Numbered from the stretch's first letter, positions 29,182 to 39,260 are shown. The stretch is DNA of 64,000 nucleotides from an uncultured Chloroflexia bacterium (GCA_963813335.1 CAWEYL010000003.1:256001-320000), one strand, 5' to 3'. Translations and numbers: made by a program. Notes: generated by a model not told the origin, from the sequence alone.

Positions 29182-31036
29182 ATGGACCTGCACGTCATCG
29201 GGCCACTGGCCTCGCCCGCCGAGCGGGCCGCCGTGGACGCCGTCCTGGGGCCGCCGGAGTCGGGCTGGGTCGGCGGGCGGCGGGACGCCGCGAACCAGGG
29301 CCATGCCGCCACCGGCGGCCACGCGGTCCGAGCCCGCCGCTCGCAGCTGCTGCCGGCGCTGCACGCCGTCCAGTCGCGGGTCGGCTGGATCAGCCAGCCG
29401 GCACTGAACTACATCTCGAAGCGCCTGGCCGTGCCGCCCGCCGAGGCCTATGGCGTCGCGACCTTCTATGCCATGTTCGCGACCAAGCCGCGGCCACCGG
29501 TCGTGGCCCATGTGTGCGACGACATCGCCTGCCGGATCGCCGGCGGGGAGGAGATCTGTGCGGATCTGACGCGGTCGCTTGGTGCGGCCGGCGAGCCGGC
29601 ACGGGACGGGCGCATCGGGTGGCTGCGCTCGCCCTGTCTGGGGCTGTGCGACCGGGCCCCAGCGGCCCTGATGACAGCGGCCGGTGAGACGCCCGCGACG
29701 ATCGGCGTCGGGCCGGTCGATGCGGCGACGGTCCTGGCCCTGCTCGAGTCAGACCACGGCTGGAACGAGTACCGCTGGACCGACGGTGACGAGCGGGAAA
29801 CCGCCGACCTCCGTCTGCTGCGACGAGTCGGCGTCGTCGACCCGTCGTCGCTCGACGACTACCGGGCAAACGGTGGCTACGCGGCGCTCACCCGGGCGCT
29901 CGGGATCGGTGCCGAGGCGGTCATCGCCGAGGTCACCGCATCGAAGCTCATGGGGCGCGGGGGAGCGGCCTTCCCCACCGGCCGCAAGTGGGCCGCGGTC
30001 GCGACCCAGCCCGCGCAGCCGCACTACCTCGTGTGCAACGCCGACGAATCCGAGCCCGGCACGTTCAAGGATCGCGTGCTGCTCGAAGGCGATCCGTTCG
30101 CCGTCGTCGAGGCGATGACGATCGCCGCATTCGCGACGGGCGCGTCGATGGGCTACCTCTACATCCGCGGCGAGTACCCGGCGGCCGAGGCGAGCATCCG
30201 CGTCGCGATCGAGTCAGCGCGCCGAGGCGGCCTGCTCGGGACTGACATCCTGGGCTCCGGCTTCGCGTTCGACATCGAGCTCCGGCGCGGCGCCGGGGCG
30301 TACATCTGCGGCGAGGAGACCGCGCTCTTCGAGTCGATCGAAGGCAAGCGCGGCGAGCCGCGCAACAAGCCGCCGTTCCCGGTCGAGGTGGGGCTGTTCG
30401 GCAAGCCGACGGTCGTCAACAACGTCGAGACGCTGGCCAACATCCCGCTGATCCTGTCGATGGGCGGCGAGGCCTACGCGAGGATCGGCACCGAGGGCTC
30501 GACCGGTCCGAAGCTCTTCTGCCTGTCCGGCCACGTCGAGCGGCCCGGGACCTACGAGGTCGAGTTCGGGGCGACGCTGCGCGACCTCATCGAGCTGGCC
30601 GGTGGCGTCCAGGGCGGCGCGCTCGATCAAGGCGATCCTCCTGGGCGGGGCGGCCGGCGTCTTCGTCGGGCCGGAGTCGCTCGACCTGCCGCTGACGTTC
30701 GAGGCGACGCGCGCCGCCGGGGCGACGCTCGGGTCGGGCGTGATCATGGTCTTCGACGAGACCGTCGACCTCGTGGACACGCTCCGGCGGATCGCCCAGT
30801 TCTTCCGCGACGAGTCGTGCGGCCAGTGCGTCCCGTGCCGGGTCGGCAGCGTGCGCCAGGAGGAGCTGCTGGCGCGGCTGGCGGCCGGGAGCCGCGTCCG
30901 GCCACGGGACGAGGAGCTGGCACTCCTCAAGGAGATCGGCCAGGTCATGCGCGACGCGTCCATCTGCGGGCTGGGACAGACGGCGTCGTCGGCGATCGAA
31001 TCGGCGCTCCGCCAGCCGGACCTGGTGGCGATATGA
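29182..31036 (+). CDS. Fused NuoE/NuoF-like diaphorase subunit of NAD-dependent FDH (frameshift ~30620)
   Basis: CDDIAC..CLGLC [2Fe-2S]; GRGGAAFPTG, CNADESEPG, GAGAYICGEETAL; ESCGQCVPCR..SICGLG in the shifted frame. Confidence 0.9.
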
Positions 31037-32106
31037 CCCACGATCCGGGCGGACACGCGCCGCGCCAGGAGCCGCCGCCCGTGCCGCTCACGCCGATCCT
31101 GCTGTCGCCCCCGGCACGGGCCACGCGCACGCCGATGCCGCCACCCGTCGAGGCGCCGCCCGCGATCGGCCTGACCATCGACGGCGAGGCGGTCTCGGTG
31201 CCCGCCGGCACGACGATCCTCGGCGCCTGCCGCCAGCAGGGCATCGACACGCCGACCCTCTGCTACGCCGACAACCTGACGCCGGTCAACGTCTGCCGGG
31301 TCTGCGTCGTCGAAGTGACGGGATCGCGCGTGCTGGTCCCCGCCTGCTCGCGCCCGGTCGAGGCCGGCATGGAGGTCCAGACCGACTCGGAGCGGGTGCG
31401 GACGTCGCGCAAGATGGTGCTCGAGTTCCTGGGGTCGTCGGTCGACATCTCGCTCGCCGGCGCCGCCGCGCCGGACGGCTCGACCGCGGCGTATGCCGAG
31501 CGCTATGGCGCCGATCCGACGAGGTACGGGCCGCCCGCGACGCCGGCTGCCGCAGGCGAGCGCGATGCGCACGAGCCGGGCCACCACCACGCCGCGGCCG
31601 GGGACGCGACGGCGGCGACGGTCGCCCAGCCCACCAAGATCGACAACGAGCTCTACGTCCGCGACTACTCGAAGTGCATCCTCTGCTACAAGTGCGTCGA
31701 GGCCTGCGGCGAGGACGCCCAGAACACGTTCGCGATCGCGGTCGCCGGGCGCGGCTTCGATGCGCGCATCTCGACCGAGCAGGCCGTCCCCCTGCCCGAG
31801 AGCGCGTGCGTCTACTGCGGCAACTGCATCGGCGTCTGCCCGACCGGGGCGCTGATGGCCAAGCCCGAGTACGACATGCGCGAGGCCGGGACGTGGGACC
31901 CGTCGCAGCAGACCGTGACCGAGACCATCTGCCCGTACTGCGGCGTCGGCTGCGTCGTGGAGCTCCACGTCCAGGACGAGAAGATCCTCAAGGTGACCTC
32001 GCCGTGGGACTCGTCGGTCACCGCGGGCCACCTCTGCGTGAAGGGACGCTTCGGCTTCGAATTCGTCAACGAGCGCCCGCCGAAGCGGGACCGCTCGGGT
32101 CGATGA
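31033..32106 (+). CDS. NuoG/FdsA N-terminal-like Fe-S subunit ([2Fe-2S], 2x[4Fe-4S] and the molybdopterin-oxidoreductase [4Fe-4S] domain)
   Basis: PTLC..CRVC..PAC; CILCYKCVEAC; CVYCGNCIGVCP; C-terminal CPYCGVGC...LCVKGRFG. Confidence 0.9.
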   Translation: MTHDPGGHAPRQEPPPVPLTPILLSPPARATRTPMPPPVEAPPAIGLTIDGEAVSVPAGTTILGACRQQGIDTPTLCYADNLTPVNVCRVCVVEVTGSRVLVPACSRPVEAGMEVQTDSERVRTSRKMVLEFLGSSVDISLAGAAAPDGSTAAYAERYGADPTRYGPPATPAAAGERDAHEPGHHHAAAGDATAATVAQPTKIDNELYVRDYSKCILCYKCVEACGEDAQNTFAIAVAGRGFDARISTEQAVPLPESACVYCGNCIGVCPTGALMAKPEYDMREAGTWDPSQQTVTETICPYCGVGCVVELHVQDEKILKVTSPWDSSVTAGHLCVKGRFGFEFVNERPPKRDRSGR

Positions 32107-32444
32107 CCGAGCGGATCACCCTCGACGACTTCGAGCGGGTCGACATCCGGGTCGGGACGATCGTCGCGGCCGAGCCGCTCAAGGGCGCGCGCAAGCCGGC
32201 CATCCGCCTGGAGATCGATTTCGGGCCGGAGATCGGGATCAAGCGCAGCTCCGCCCAGATCACCGTCCATTACGAGCCCGGGGCGCTGATCGGCCGGCAG
32301 GTCGCCGCGGTCGTCAACTTCCCGCCGCGCCAGATCGCGACGGTGATCTCCGAGGTGCTGACGCTTGGGTTCCCCGACGCCGCCGGCGAGGTCGTGCTGA
32401 TCGAGCCGGAGCAACAGGTCCCGAACGGGGCCCGCCTCTTCTGA
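32103..32444 (+). CDS. csaA: CsaA-like tRNA-binding/secretion chaperone
   Basis: DIRVGTI, KRSSAQIT, VVNFPPRQI, SEVLTLG, NGARL. Confidence 0.88.
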   Translation: MTERITLDDFERVDIRVGTIVAAEPLKGARKPAIRLEIDFGPEIGIKRSSAQITVHYEPGALIGRQVAAVVNFPPRQIATVISEVLTLGFPDAAGEVVLIEPEQQVPNGARLF

Positions 32445-32498
32445 CGTTCGGCGGTAAGGTCAGCAAACACGTCGGCACCTGACCCAATGAGGATCGCC

Positions 32499-32741
32499 AT
32501 GGACGACACTGCCGTCTTCGACCACATCAACGCGCTCGCCAGCGAGGAGGAGGCGCTCTACGCCAGCGCCGGCGACGGCGGACTCTCGACCGACGAGAGC
32601 GAGCGCCTGAAGGTCATCCAGGTCGAGCTCGACCGCTGTTACGACCTGCTCCACCAGCGCCTGGCCAAACGCTCGGCCGGCCTGGATCCCGACGAGGCAG
32701 CGCTCCGCCCGGCCGGGGTCGTGGAGGGCTACCAGCAGTAA
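32499..32741 (+). CDS. DUF2630 family protein
   Basis: I.AL..EE..L, ELDRCYDLLHQR, RP..VVEGYQQ. Confidence 0.8.
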   Translation: MDDTAVFDHINALASEEEALYASAGDGGLSTDESERLKVIQVELDRCYDLLHQRLAKRSAGLDPDEAALRPAGVVEGYQQ

Positions 32742-32746
32742 GCGGC

Positions 32747-33616
32747 TCAGCCCCAGCCGGACAGGTCGCGCAGGTGGATCCGGGCGTCGTGGGCGTACAC
32801 GTTGAAGCCGGTCCCGCGCAGGAAGCCGACCAGCGTCACGCCGAGGCGCTCCGCGGTCTCGATGGCGAGGTCCGACGGCGCCGAGATCGCGCAGACGATC
32901 GGGATGCCCGCGACCGCGGCCTTCTGGACGATCTCGAAGCTGACCCGGCCGGACACCATCAGGATCCGATCGTGCAGCGGCATCGCGCCGGCAAGGACCT
33001 GCGAGCCGACCAGCTTGTCCAGCGCGTTGTGCCGCCCGACGTCCTCACGCAGGGCGAGCAGCTCGCCGCTGGGCGTGAACAACGCCGCGGCATGGAGGCC
33101 GCCCGTCTCGTCGAAGGCGCGCTGGGCAGCGCGCAGCAGGTCCGGCAGCGCGAGGATCACCGAGCGCAAGACGACCGGTCCTTCGGGCAGGGGCTCGGCG
33201 CGCAGGGCCACCTCGTCGATCGACGCCTTGCCGCAGATCCCGCACGACGCCGTGGCGATGAAGTGGCGCTCGGCCACCTTCGAGTCGTCGAACTGGCGCG
33301 ACAACCGCACGGTGATGGTGTCGTCCGGCTGGCTGAGCGACGCCGGGTCGCCGCCGGCTGTCGAGACCACCTCGGGGCCCTCGATCAGGCCCTCCGTCCG
33401 CAGGAACCCGACCGCGAGCTCGTCCTCGTTGCCGGGCGTGCGCATCGTGACCGCGACCGCCACCGGCGCCTGATGTGGCCCGGCGGCGCGGATCTCGAGC
33501 GGGGCCTCGCCGACGACACGGTCGTCGCGGACCTCCATCGAATCGGCGCGGATCGCCACGATCCGGCGACTGGTGACGTGGCGGATCGGCGGGGCGTCGT
33601 CGGGGGTCGGCGTCAT
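32747..33616 (-). CDS. fdhD: Formate dehydrogenase accessory sulfurtransferase FdhD
   Basis: MRTPG, SCGICG, TGGLH, EDVGRHNALDK, SGRVSFE, SAPS. Confidence 0.95.
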   Translation of the reverse strand: MTPTPDDAPPIRHVTSRRIVAIRADSMEVRDDRVVGEAPLEIRAAGPHQAPVAVAVTMRTPGNEDELAVGFLRTEGLIEGPEVVSTAGGDPASLSQPDDTITVRLSRQFDDSKVAERHFIATASCGICGKASIDEVALRAEPLPEGPVVLRSVILALPDLLRAAQRAFDETGGLHAAALFTPSGELLALREDVGRHNALDKLVGSQVLAGAMPLHDRILMVSGRVSFEIVQKAAVAGIPIVCAISAPSDLAIETAERLGVTLVGFLRGTGFNVYAHDARIHLRDLSGWG

Positions 33617-33645
33617 GCTCGGGAGTGTAGGAGGATGGCGGCGCG

Positions 33646-34095
33646 ATGACAGACCACGGCCTCGACGCTCGCCGCCGCGCCTTCATCGATCGAGCGCGCA
33701 CGGCGACGCTGGTGACGGTCGACGGCGAGGGGCTCCCCCGTCCGGTGCCGATCTGTTTCGTCCTGGCGCCGGATGCCGCGGTCCTGTGGACGCCGATCGA
33801 CGAGAAGCCCAAGCGGACCGACGACCCGCGGGCGCTCGCCCGCGTCCGCGACATCGAGTCGCGGCCCGATGTGGCGATCCTGGTCGAGCGCTGGGACGAG
33901 GACTGGGCGAGGCTGGCCTGGGTGCGCTGCACCGGGCGGGCGACCCTGGTCGATCCGGGCGGGCCGGGTCACGCCGAGGCGGTCGCGGCGCTGCGCGCCA
34001 AGTACCCGCAGTACAGCGCGCAGCGTCTCGAGGCGCGGCCGATGATCCGGGTCGACCTCGATCGCGTCTCCAGCTGGGGCGCCGTCGGCGACTGA
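33646..34095 (+). CDS. PPOX-class probable F420-dependent oxidoreductase
   Basis: P.PVPICF, IDEKPK, WDEDWARL.WV, LRAKYPQY. Confidence 0.82.
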   Translation: MTDHGLDARRRAFIDRARTATLVTVDGEGLPRPVPICFVLAPDAAVLWTPIDEKPKRTDDPRALARVRDIESRPDVAILVERWDEDWARLAWVRCTGRATLVDPGGPGHAEAVAALRAKYPQYSAQRLEARPMIRVDLDRVSSWGAVGD

Positions 34096-34122
34096 GCGGC
34101 GGTCCGCCCTGAACGAGCGGCG

Positions 34123-34638
34123 TCAGCAGTCGAACGCGAACCAGCACAGCTCATTGCGCAGCCGCTGGTCGTCCAGCACCAGCTCCCTGATCTCGAGTGA
34201 GAGTCGAGCGCGCTGCCACCGGCACTCCAGGCGGCCGGCCGCCTCGCGCTCGTCGTCAGGCACGGCGGCCCACACCGTCCTGATCGCGTAGGCCGCGGCA
34301 CCCAGCTCGTGGGCTGCCACGTGACCCACCGCCGCGGCCTGCCCGGCAGCGTACGCGGCATGCCGTGCCGCCCCGCGCAGGTCCCGGGCCGCGGCGTTCG
34401 CATGGCCGCCCGCCGCGCGGGCCTCTGCCCAGGTGACCTCGCCGCGCGCCCAGGCACGCCCAAGGGCGATCGCCCGACGTGGACGGTCGTCCTCCGGCCG
34501 TGCCCGCTCGAAGTGGTGCAGCACGTGCTCCGCGCAGTCAGCCGCCCACGTCGCAAGCAGGCGATGATCGTCGTCCTGGAGGGTCCCGCCACGACGCACG
34601 GTGATGAACCGTGGATCCCGGACCTTGGGGAGGATCAT
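34123..34638 (-). CDS. Imm5-like putative immunity protein
   Basis: WAADCAEHVL..FE, DDRPR.AI, AAGQAAAVGHV..H, E..WQ. Confidence 0.75.
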   Translation of the reverse strand: MILPKVRDPRFITVRRGGTLQDDDHRLLATWAADCAEHVLHHFERARPEDDRPRRAIALGRAWARGEVTWAEARAAGGHANAAARDLRGAARHAAYAAGQAAAVGHVAAHELGAAAYAIRTVWAAVPDDEREAAGRLECRWQRARLSLEIRELVLDDQRLRNELCWFAFDC

Positions 34639-34710
34639 GAGTCACAGACTCCGATATTTCGGCAAAGACCATGTCCTTGACGGGCCGACGGCGGGCCCTA
34701 GCATGCGGCT

Positions 34711-35280
34711 ATGAACCAGGTCTGGTACTGCGGCAACTGCCGGTCGCTCAACGACGTCCGCAACAAGGTCTGCTACGCCTGCCACGCGAAGCGGTCCGAC
34801 GCCGAGACGGTCCCCGACGGCGCCGCGGCAGCCGGCCTCGGGACCGCCAAGGTCGCCAAGGACCCGAGCTTCTTCGGGGCGCTGCTGGGCGGGCTGATCG
34901 CCGCGGTCGTCTCGCTCGCCGCCTGGTACTTCCTCGAGCGCAACATCGTGCGCGGCTCGTTCTCCATGGCGTGGCTGATCGGCGTGGTGATCGGGTTCGG
35001 CGTGCTGTGGGGCGGCCGCGGCCGCTCGTCGCTCCTGAGCGTCATCCTCAGCGTCCTGCTCACGGTGGCGACCATCGTGATCGGCGAATACCTGCTGATC
35101 TCGAAGTCGCTCGCGGAGGCGAGCGACAAGGTGATCGCCGGGATCCCCATCGCCCCGCCGAGCGCGGTCGTGGATGCCCTCGCCTCGTTCGTCGGCGACG
35201 ACCCGTTCCGGCCGCTCCTGTGGTTCTTCGCGATCTTCGCGGCCGTGGCGATCCCGTGGCGCGGGATGGTGGGCCGCTAG
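34711..35280 (+). CDS. Membrane protein with an N-terminal RanBP2-like zinc ribbon
   Basis: WYCGNCRSLN....VCYAC followed by 4 TM segments. Confidence 0.75.
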   Translation: MNQVWYCGNCRSLNDVRNKVCYACHAKRSDAETVPDGAAAAGLGTAKVAKDPSFFGALLGGLIAAVVSLAAWYFLERNIVRGSFSMAWLIGVVIGFGVLWGGRGRSSLLSVILSVLLTVATIVIGEYLLISKSLAEASDKVIAGIPIAPPSAVVDALASFVGDDPFRPLLWFFAIFAAVAIPWRGMVGR

Positions 35281-35522
35281 GCGCGGACGACCCGCGGGGT
35301 CCAGCGGTCGGGGCCTTCCTCGATGTCCACGCCGATGGCGTCCAGCAGCCGCTGCGACGCGGCCGCGACCTCGGCGATCGCCGCGTCGAACGCGTCGGCG
35401 TTCCGGGCCGCGGGCGTGCGATAGCCGCTGATCTTGCGGACGTACTGGCGGGCGGCGGCCTCCAGTTCGCCCGTCGTGGCCGCGGTGTCGGGCCGGCGAA
35501 GGGTCTTGATGCTTCGGCACAT
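35277..35522 (-). CDS. DUF2277 family protein
   Basis: MCRSIKTLR, AAARQYVRKISG. Confidence 0.82.
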   Translation of the reverse strand: MCRSIKTLRRPDTAATTGELEAAARQYVRKISGYRTPAARNADAFDAAIAEVAAASQRLLDAIGVDIEEGPDRWTPRVVRA

Positions 35523-35593
35523 GCCCGTACGGTACCTCGCTCCCGGGCTCGACGGGTATCGTGGTCGGCGATGGAGCGAACGGACCGCCGACC

Positions 35594-36358
35594 GTGATCG
35601 AAGCCGGCCTGTGGGGCCTCGCGGCTGCATCATCGCTGATCATCGGGGCGCTCCTCGCATTCGGGTTCGACCTGTCGAACGCGAAGCGCGGCCTCGTGCT
35701 CGCCTTCGGCGCGGGCACGCTCCTGGGCGCCGTCGCCTACGAACTGGTCGAGGACAGCCTTTCGACCTCCGAGAACGGGATCGAGGTCGGCGTCGGGTTC
35801 GCCCTCGGTTCCGTCACCTTCTTCGTGGGCAGCGTCCTCATCGACCGCATGCCGGGCAGCGGCGGGTCCGGCGGAACCGGCTCCGTTGCCGAGCGGACGC
35901 GTTCCGCCGCTCGCCGGGGATCGCGGGCGAAGGGCCTCGCCGTCGTCCTCGGGTCCGTCCTCGACGGGATCCCGGAATCGGTCGTCCTCGGGCTCTCGCT
36001 GATCGGCGGCGCCGGGATCGGTATCCCGGTCCTGGTCGCGGTCTTCGTCTCGAACATCCCCGAGGCCCTCTCGGCATCGGAGGACCTGTTGGAGGCGGAT
36101 TTCAAGAAGCGGCAGATCATCGGGATCTGGGTGATCGTCGCGGTGGCCAGCGGCCTGGCGTCGGCGCTCGGCTTCGCCCTCCTCGACACCGCGCCGGTGT
36201 TCTGGGTCGGGCTCATCGAATCGTTCGCGGCTGGCGCGATCCTCGCCATGCTCGCCGAATCGATGATTCCCGAGGCCTACGAGATCGGCGGACGGCCCGT
36301 GGGCCTCGCGACGTGCGTCGGGTTTGCGCTCGCGGCCTACCTGTCGCTGCGCTTGTGA
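35594..36358 (+). CDS. ZIP family (ZupT-like) metal transporter
   Basis: AFGAG, LDGIPES, SNIPEALS, AAGAIL.M..ESMIPEA. Confidence 0.85.
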   Translation: MIEAGLWGLAAASSLIIGALLAFGFDLSNAKRGLVLAFGAGTLLGAVAYELVEDSLSTSENGIEVGVGFALGSVTFFVGSVLIDRMPGSGGSGGTGSVAERTRSAARRGSRAKGLAVVLGSVLDGIPESVVLGLSLIGGAGIGIPVLVAVFVSNIPEALSASEDLLEADFKKRQIIGIWVIVAVASGLASALGFALLDTAPVFWVGLIESFAAGAILAMLAESMIPEAYEIGGRPVGLATCVGFALAAYLSLRL

Positions 36359-36811
36359 GCGGGACGGAGGCGGAGACGGGGGCGCGGGCGGCGGCCGACG
36401 TGGTCGAGACGCTCGGGATGCGGCCGCATCCCGAGGGCGGCTGGTACGTCGAGACGTGGCGGGCGCCCGAGCCGCTCGGTGGTGGCCGGCCCGCGGGCAG
36501 CGCGATCCTGTACCTGCTCGAGGCGGGCCAGCGGTCGCACTGGCACACCGTGGACGCGGCCGAGGTCTGGCAGTGGTCGGCGGGCGATGCGCTGGAGCTG
36601 TCGGTCTGGACGGACGGTGGGGCGGTCGTCCGACACCGGCTGGGCGGCGACGTCGCGGCCGGCGAACGGCCGCAGGTCGTGGTCCCAGCCGGCGCATGGC
36701 AGGCGGCGCGGCCGCTCGGCGCGTGGACGCTGGTCGGCTGCATCGTCACGCCGGCATTCGAGTTCGACGGGGTTCCGCCTGGCGCCCGACGGCTGGGAGC
36801 CGCCGGCGTGA
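36355..36811 (+). CDS. Cupin superfamily protein (DUF985; frameshift ~36770)
   Basis: PHPEGGWY.ETWR, SHWH, PQVVVPAG.WQ, LVGC.V.PAFEF; GFRLAP in the shifted frame. Confidence 0.85.
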
Positions 36812-36978
36812 GTCCGGCGGTCCGTTCGGCCGGTCGCGTCGGCGGGCGAGCGTGCGGCCCTGACCGACGAGGCCGAGCGGCTGGTCCGGTTCGTGGCCGC
36901 AAGCGCCACGAGCCACCGCGGCGCGCTGGGCGTAGCGGCGGGGCGCGGACGATCCGCGGCCGTGCCCAGGTCGTCGTT

Positions 36979-37192
36979 CCCAGCCGGGATATGCCCACCA
37001 TTCATATCCCAGGGGGAAGGCTCACGACACGGCGCCGTCGGCAGTCGATCGCCGAGCTCCATCCGCGCTCGACCTCGGGCCGATCCTGCGCGATCCCGCC
37101 CGATCAGCCCTCGATCCGGGACAGGACCGTGGGTCCGGCCGTCGTCGTCAGGGACCTTGCCCTGGAGATATGAATGAGCCGCATACGGCGGG
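36979..37192. repeat. ~215-bp element with ~55-bp imperfect terminal inverted repeats (MITE/REP-like or structured RNA)
   Basis: Left arm GCCG..TATGC..CATTCATATC-CCAGGG..AAGG..ACGAC-ACGGC pairs with right arm GCCGT-CGTCGT..CCTT.CCCTGG.GATATGAATG..GCATA-CGGC. Confidence 0.7.
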
Positions 37193-37233
37193 CCACACGG
37201 GCGCGGTCTGCCGCAAGGCACCCCTCGCGCGAC

Positions 37234-38445
37234 TCAGCCGCCCTCGCGGAGCCCCCACGGCGACCCGTAGGCGTTCAGCAGATCGAGGAACGGCACGGCG
37301 TCGAACGCCTCCGGGCCGAGCACGCCCGTCCCGCTCCACGTCCCGGCGGCGAGCAGCTCCAGCGCCACGACCGGGTTGATCGCCGTCTGCCAGACCACCG
37401 CCTGCGAGCCGTACTCGCGCATCGTCCACTCGTTGTCGACGACGTGGTAGAGGTAGACCTGCCGCGGCTGGCCGTCCTTCCCGGTGCCGCTGACCCAGGT
37501 GCCGGCACAGGTCTTGCCGTGCATCCGGTCGCCGAGCGTGGCGGGATCCGGGAGCGAGGCGGCCACCACGTCCCGCGGCGAGACCTCGGCGCCGCCGACC
37601 CGGAGCTTGTCGGTCTTGTCGAGGCCCAGCTTGTGCAGCACCTGGAGCACCCCGATGAACTCGTCGCCGAGCCCGTACTTGAAGGTCACCCGCCGGGCAT
37701 CGACCCAGCGCGGGACCAGCAGCACCTCCTCGTGCTCGACGTTCACGCATTCGACCGGCCCGATCCCGTCGGGGAAGTCGAACGTCTCGGGCTCGCTGAA
37801 GGGCGGGGTCGTGTACCAGCCGCGGCCGCGCTCGAAGACGACCGGCGGGTTCAGGCACTCCTCGATCGTGGTCCAGATGGAGAACGACGGGGCGAAGTCG
37901 TAGCCGTCGACGACGAGGTTCGCGCCGTCGCGGATGCCGACCTCGTCGATCGTGCTGAACAGGTGGTCGGCCGCGTACCGGGCGAAGACGTCGGACAGCC
38001 CCGGCTCGACCCCGATCCCGACGAGCGCCAGGCGGCCCGCGTCCGACCAGGCGGACGCCCGCTCGAACTGGGCATCGCCGAGCTTGACCCCGCTCTCCTC
38101 GTAGGGCCGCTCCGGGTGCGGCGACGAGAGCGACATCGCCATGTCGAGGTAGTCGGCACCCGCGGCCAGCGCGCCCTCGAAGATCGGCATCACGAAGCGC
38201 GGATCGACGGCGTTCAGGACGTGCGTGATCCGGTGCTCGCGGGCGAGTGCGGCGACGTCGCCAGCCCTGGACGCATCGACGCGCGCGGCGACGAACCGCG
38301 GGTCGCCGCCCTGGCGGGCGACCGTCGCCTCGGCACGGGTCGCGTCGTAGTCGGCGACCACCATCGTCTCGAAGAAGTCGCGCTTCGCGGCGATCGGGAC
38401 GACGGAGCTGCCGACGCCGCCGGCGCCCACGACGAGGATCCGCAT
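37234..38445 (-). CDS. Saccharopine dehydrogenase family protein (carboxynorspermidine dehydrogenase-like)
   Basis: ILVVGAGGVG, YLDMA, GIGVEPG, HEEV, GVLGPEAFD. Confidence 0.88.
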   Translation of the reverse strand: MRILVVGAGGVGSSVVPIAAKRDFFETMVVADYDATRAEATVARQGGDPRFVAARVDASRAGDVAALAREHRITHVLNAVDPRFVMPIFEGALAAGADYLDMAMSLSSPHPERPYEESGVKLGDAQFERASAWSDAGRLALVGIGVEPGLSDVFARYAADHLFSTIDEVGIRDGANLVVDGYDFAPSFSIWTTIEECLNPPVVFERGRGWYTTPPFSEPETFDFPDGIGPVECVNVEHEEVLLVPRWVDARRVTFKYGLGDEFIGVLQVLHKLGLDKTDKLRVGGAEVSPRDVVAASLPDPATLGDRMHGKTCAGTWVSGTGKDGQPRQVYLYHVVDNEWTMREYGSQAVVWQTAINPVVALELLAAGTWSGTGVLGPEAFDAVPFLDLLNAYGSPWGLREGG

Positions 38446-38572
38446 GGAAGTCCCTCCGGTCCGCTGGCTTGGGACCGTAGTGTGCCTCGGGCCTGGCGAC
38501 GGACGGCCACCCGTCCCGCCAGCCGCGGCCCCGTGCCGCCTCAGCCGCAGTCGCGCGCCGCGGCGGTCGCGG

Positions 38573-39175
38573 TCAGCCGGTCGTCGCCCGCCACGTGATC
38601 GGCCCCGTGAAGCAGTGCCGGAGCTCGCGGCAGGCCCCGCCGGTCAGGTCCCAGGTCCGGCCGTTGACGTACGGCCCGCGGTCCACGACCGGCACCGTCA
38701 GGGTGCGGCCGGAGCCCGGATCCTTGAAGGTGACGAGGGTCCCGCAGGGCAGCGTGCGATGGGCGACGCCGACGAGCGACTTGGTCAGGGTCAGACCGCA
38801 GGCCGTCCGCTGGCCATAGAAGCCCGGGCCGTACCACGACACGTCCGAGTCGTGGTGCCACGGGTTGCGGACGACCTTGGTCGCCGGCACCGTCGGCTGG
38901 GCAGCGCGTGGCCGAGCCTGGAGCGGCTCCGTTCGCTGGTCTGGCTCGAGCATCGTCGAGTCGCTGTCCAGGGTCCCGTCAGAGCGGGCCCCCGGATCGG
39001 GGGCGATCGTCATCGACGTCCCGCGGACGGCAGCCGCGATCTCCACGCTTGCGAAGAGATCCGTGTCCGGCATATCGAACGAGCTGGGGCTTCGCGAACC
39101 CACCGGAACGGGGACGGCGACCACGGCGAGCAGGGCGATGAGCGCCATGCTCGCGACGACCCAAGGGTGTCGCAC
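38573..39175 (-). CDS. RlpA-like double-psi beta-barrel secreted protein (start uncertain)
   Basis: SWYGPGFYG.RTACG, VAHRTLPCGT, VVDRGPY, DL; N-terminal hydrophobic signal. Confidence 0.82.
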   Translation of the reverse strand: MRHPWVVASMALIALLAVVAVPVPVGSRSPSSFDMPDTDLFASVEIAAAVRGTSMTIAPDPGARSDGTLDSDSTMLEPDQRTEPLQARPRAAQPTVPATKVVRNPWHHDSDVSWYGPGFYGQRTACGLTLTKSLVGVAHRTLPCGTLVTFKDPGSGRTLTVPVVDRGPYVNGRTWDLTGGACRELRHCFTGPITWRATTG

Positions 39176-39260
39176 GTCGGTGACACCGTACCATCGGCGA
39201 GCATTCCGCGCCGTTCGGCCCAGTGCCGGATCCGTTGCAGGACCATCGCAGACCTCCCCG

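Noticed and set aside
29182-32106. Apparent 974-aa NuoEF-NuoG fusion
   Set aside because: The NuoF C-terminal Fe-S motif is in another frame (30602-31036) and ends in an ATGA overlap; a frameshift artefact
34123-34638. Polymorphic toxin-immunity locus around the Imm5-like gene
   Set aside because: No toxin or secretion gene is adjacent; it appears to be an orphan
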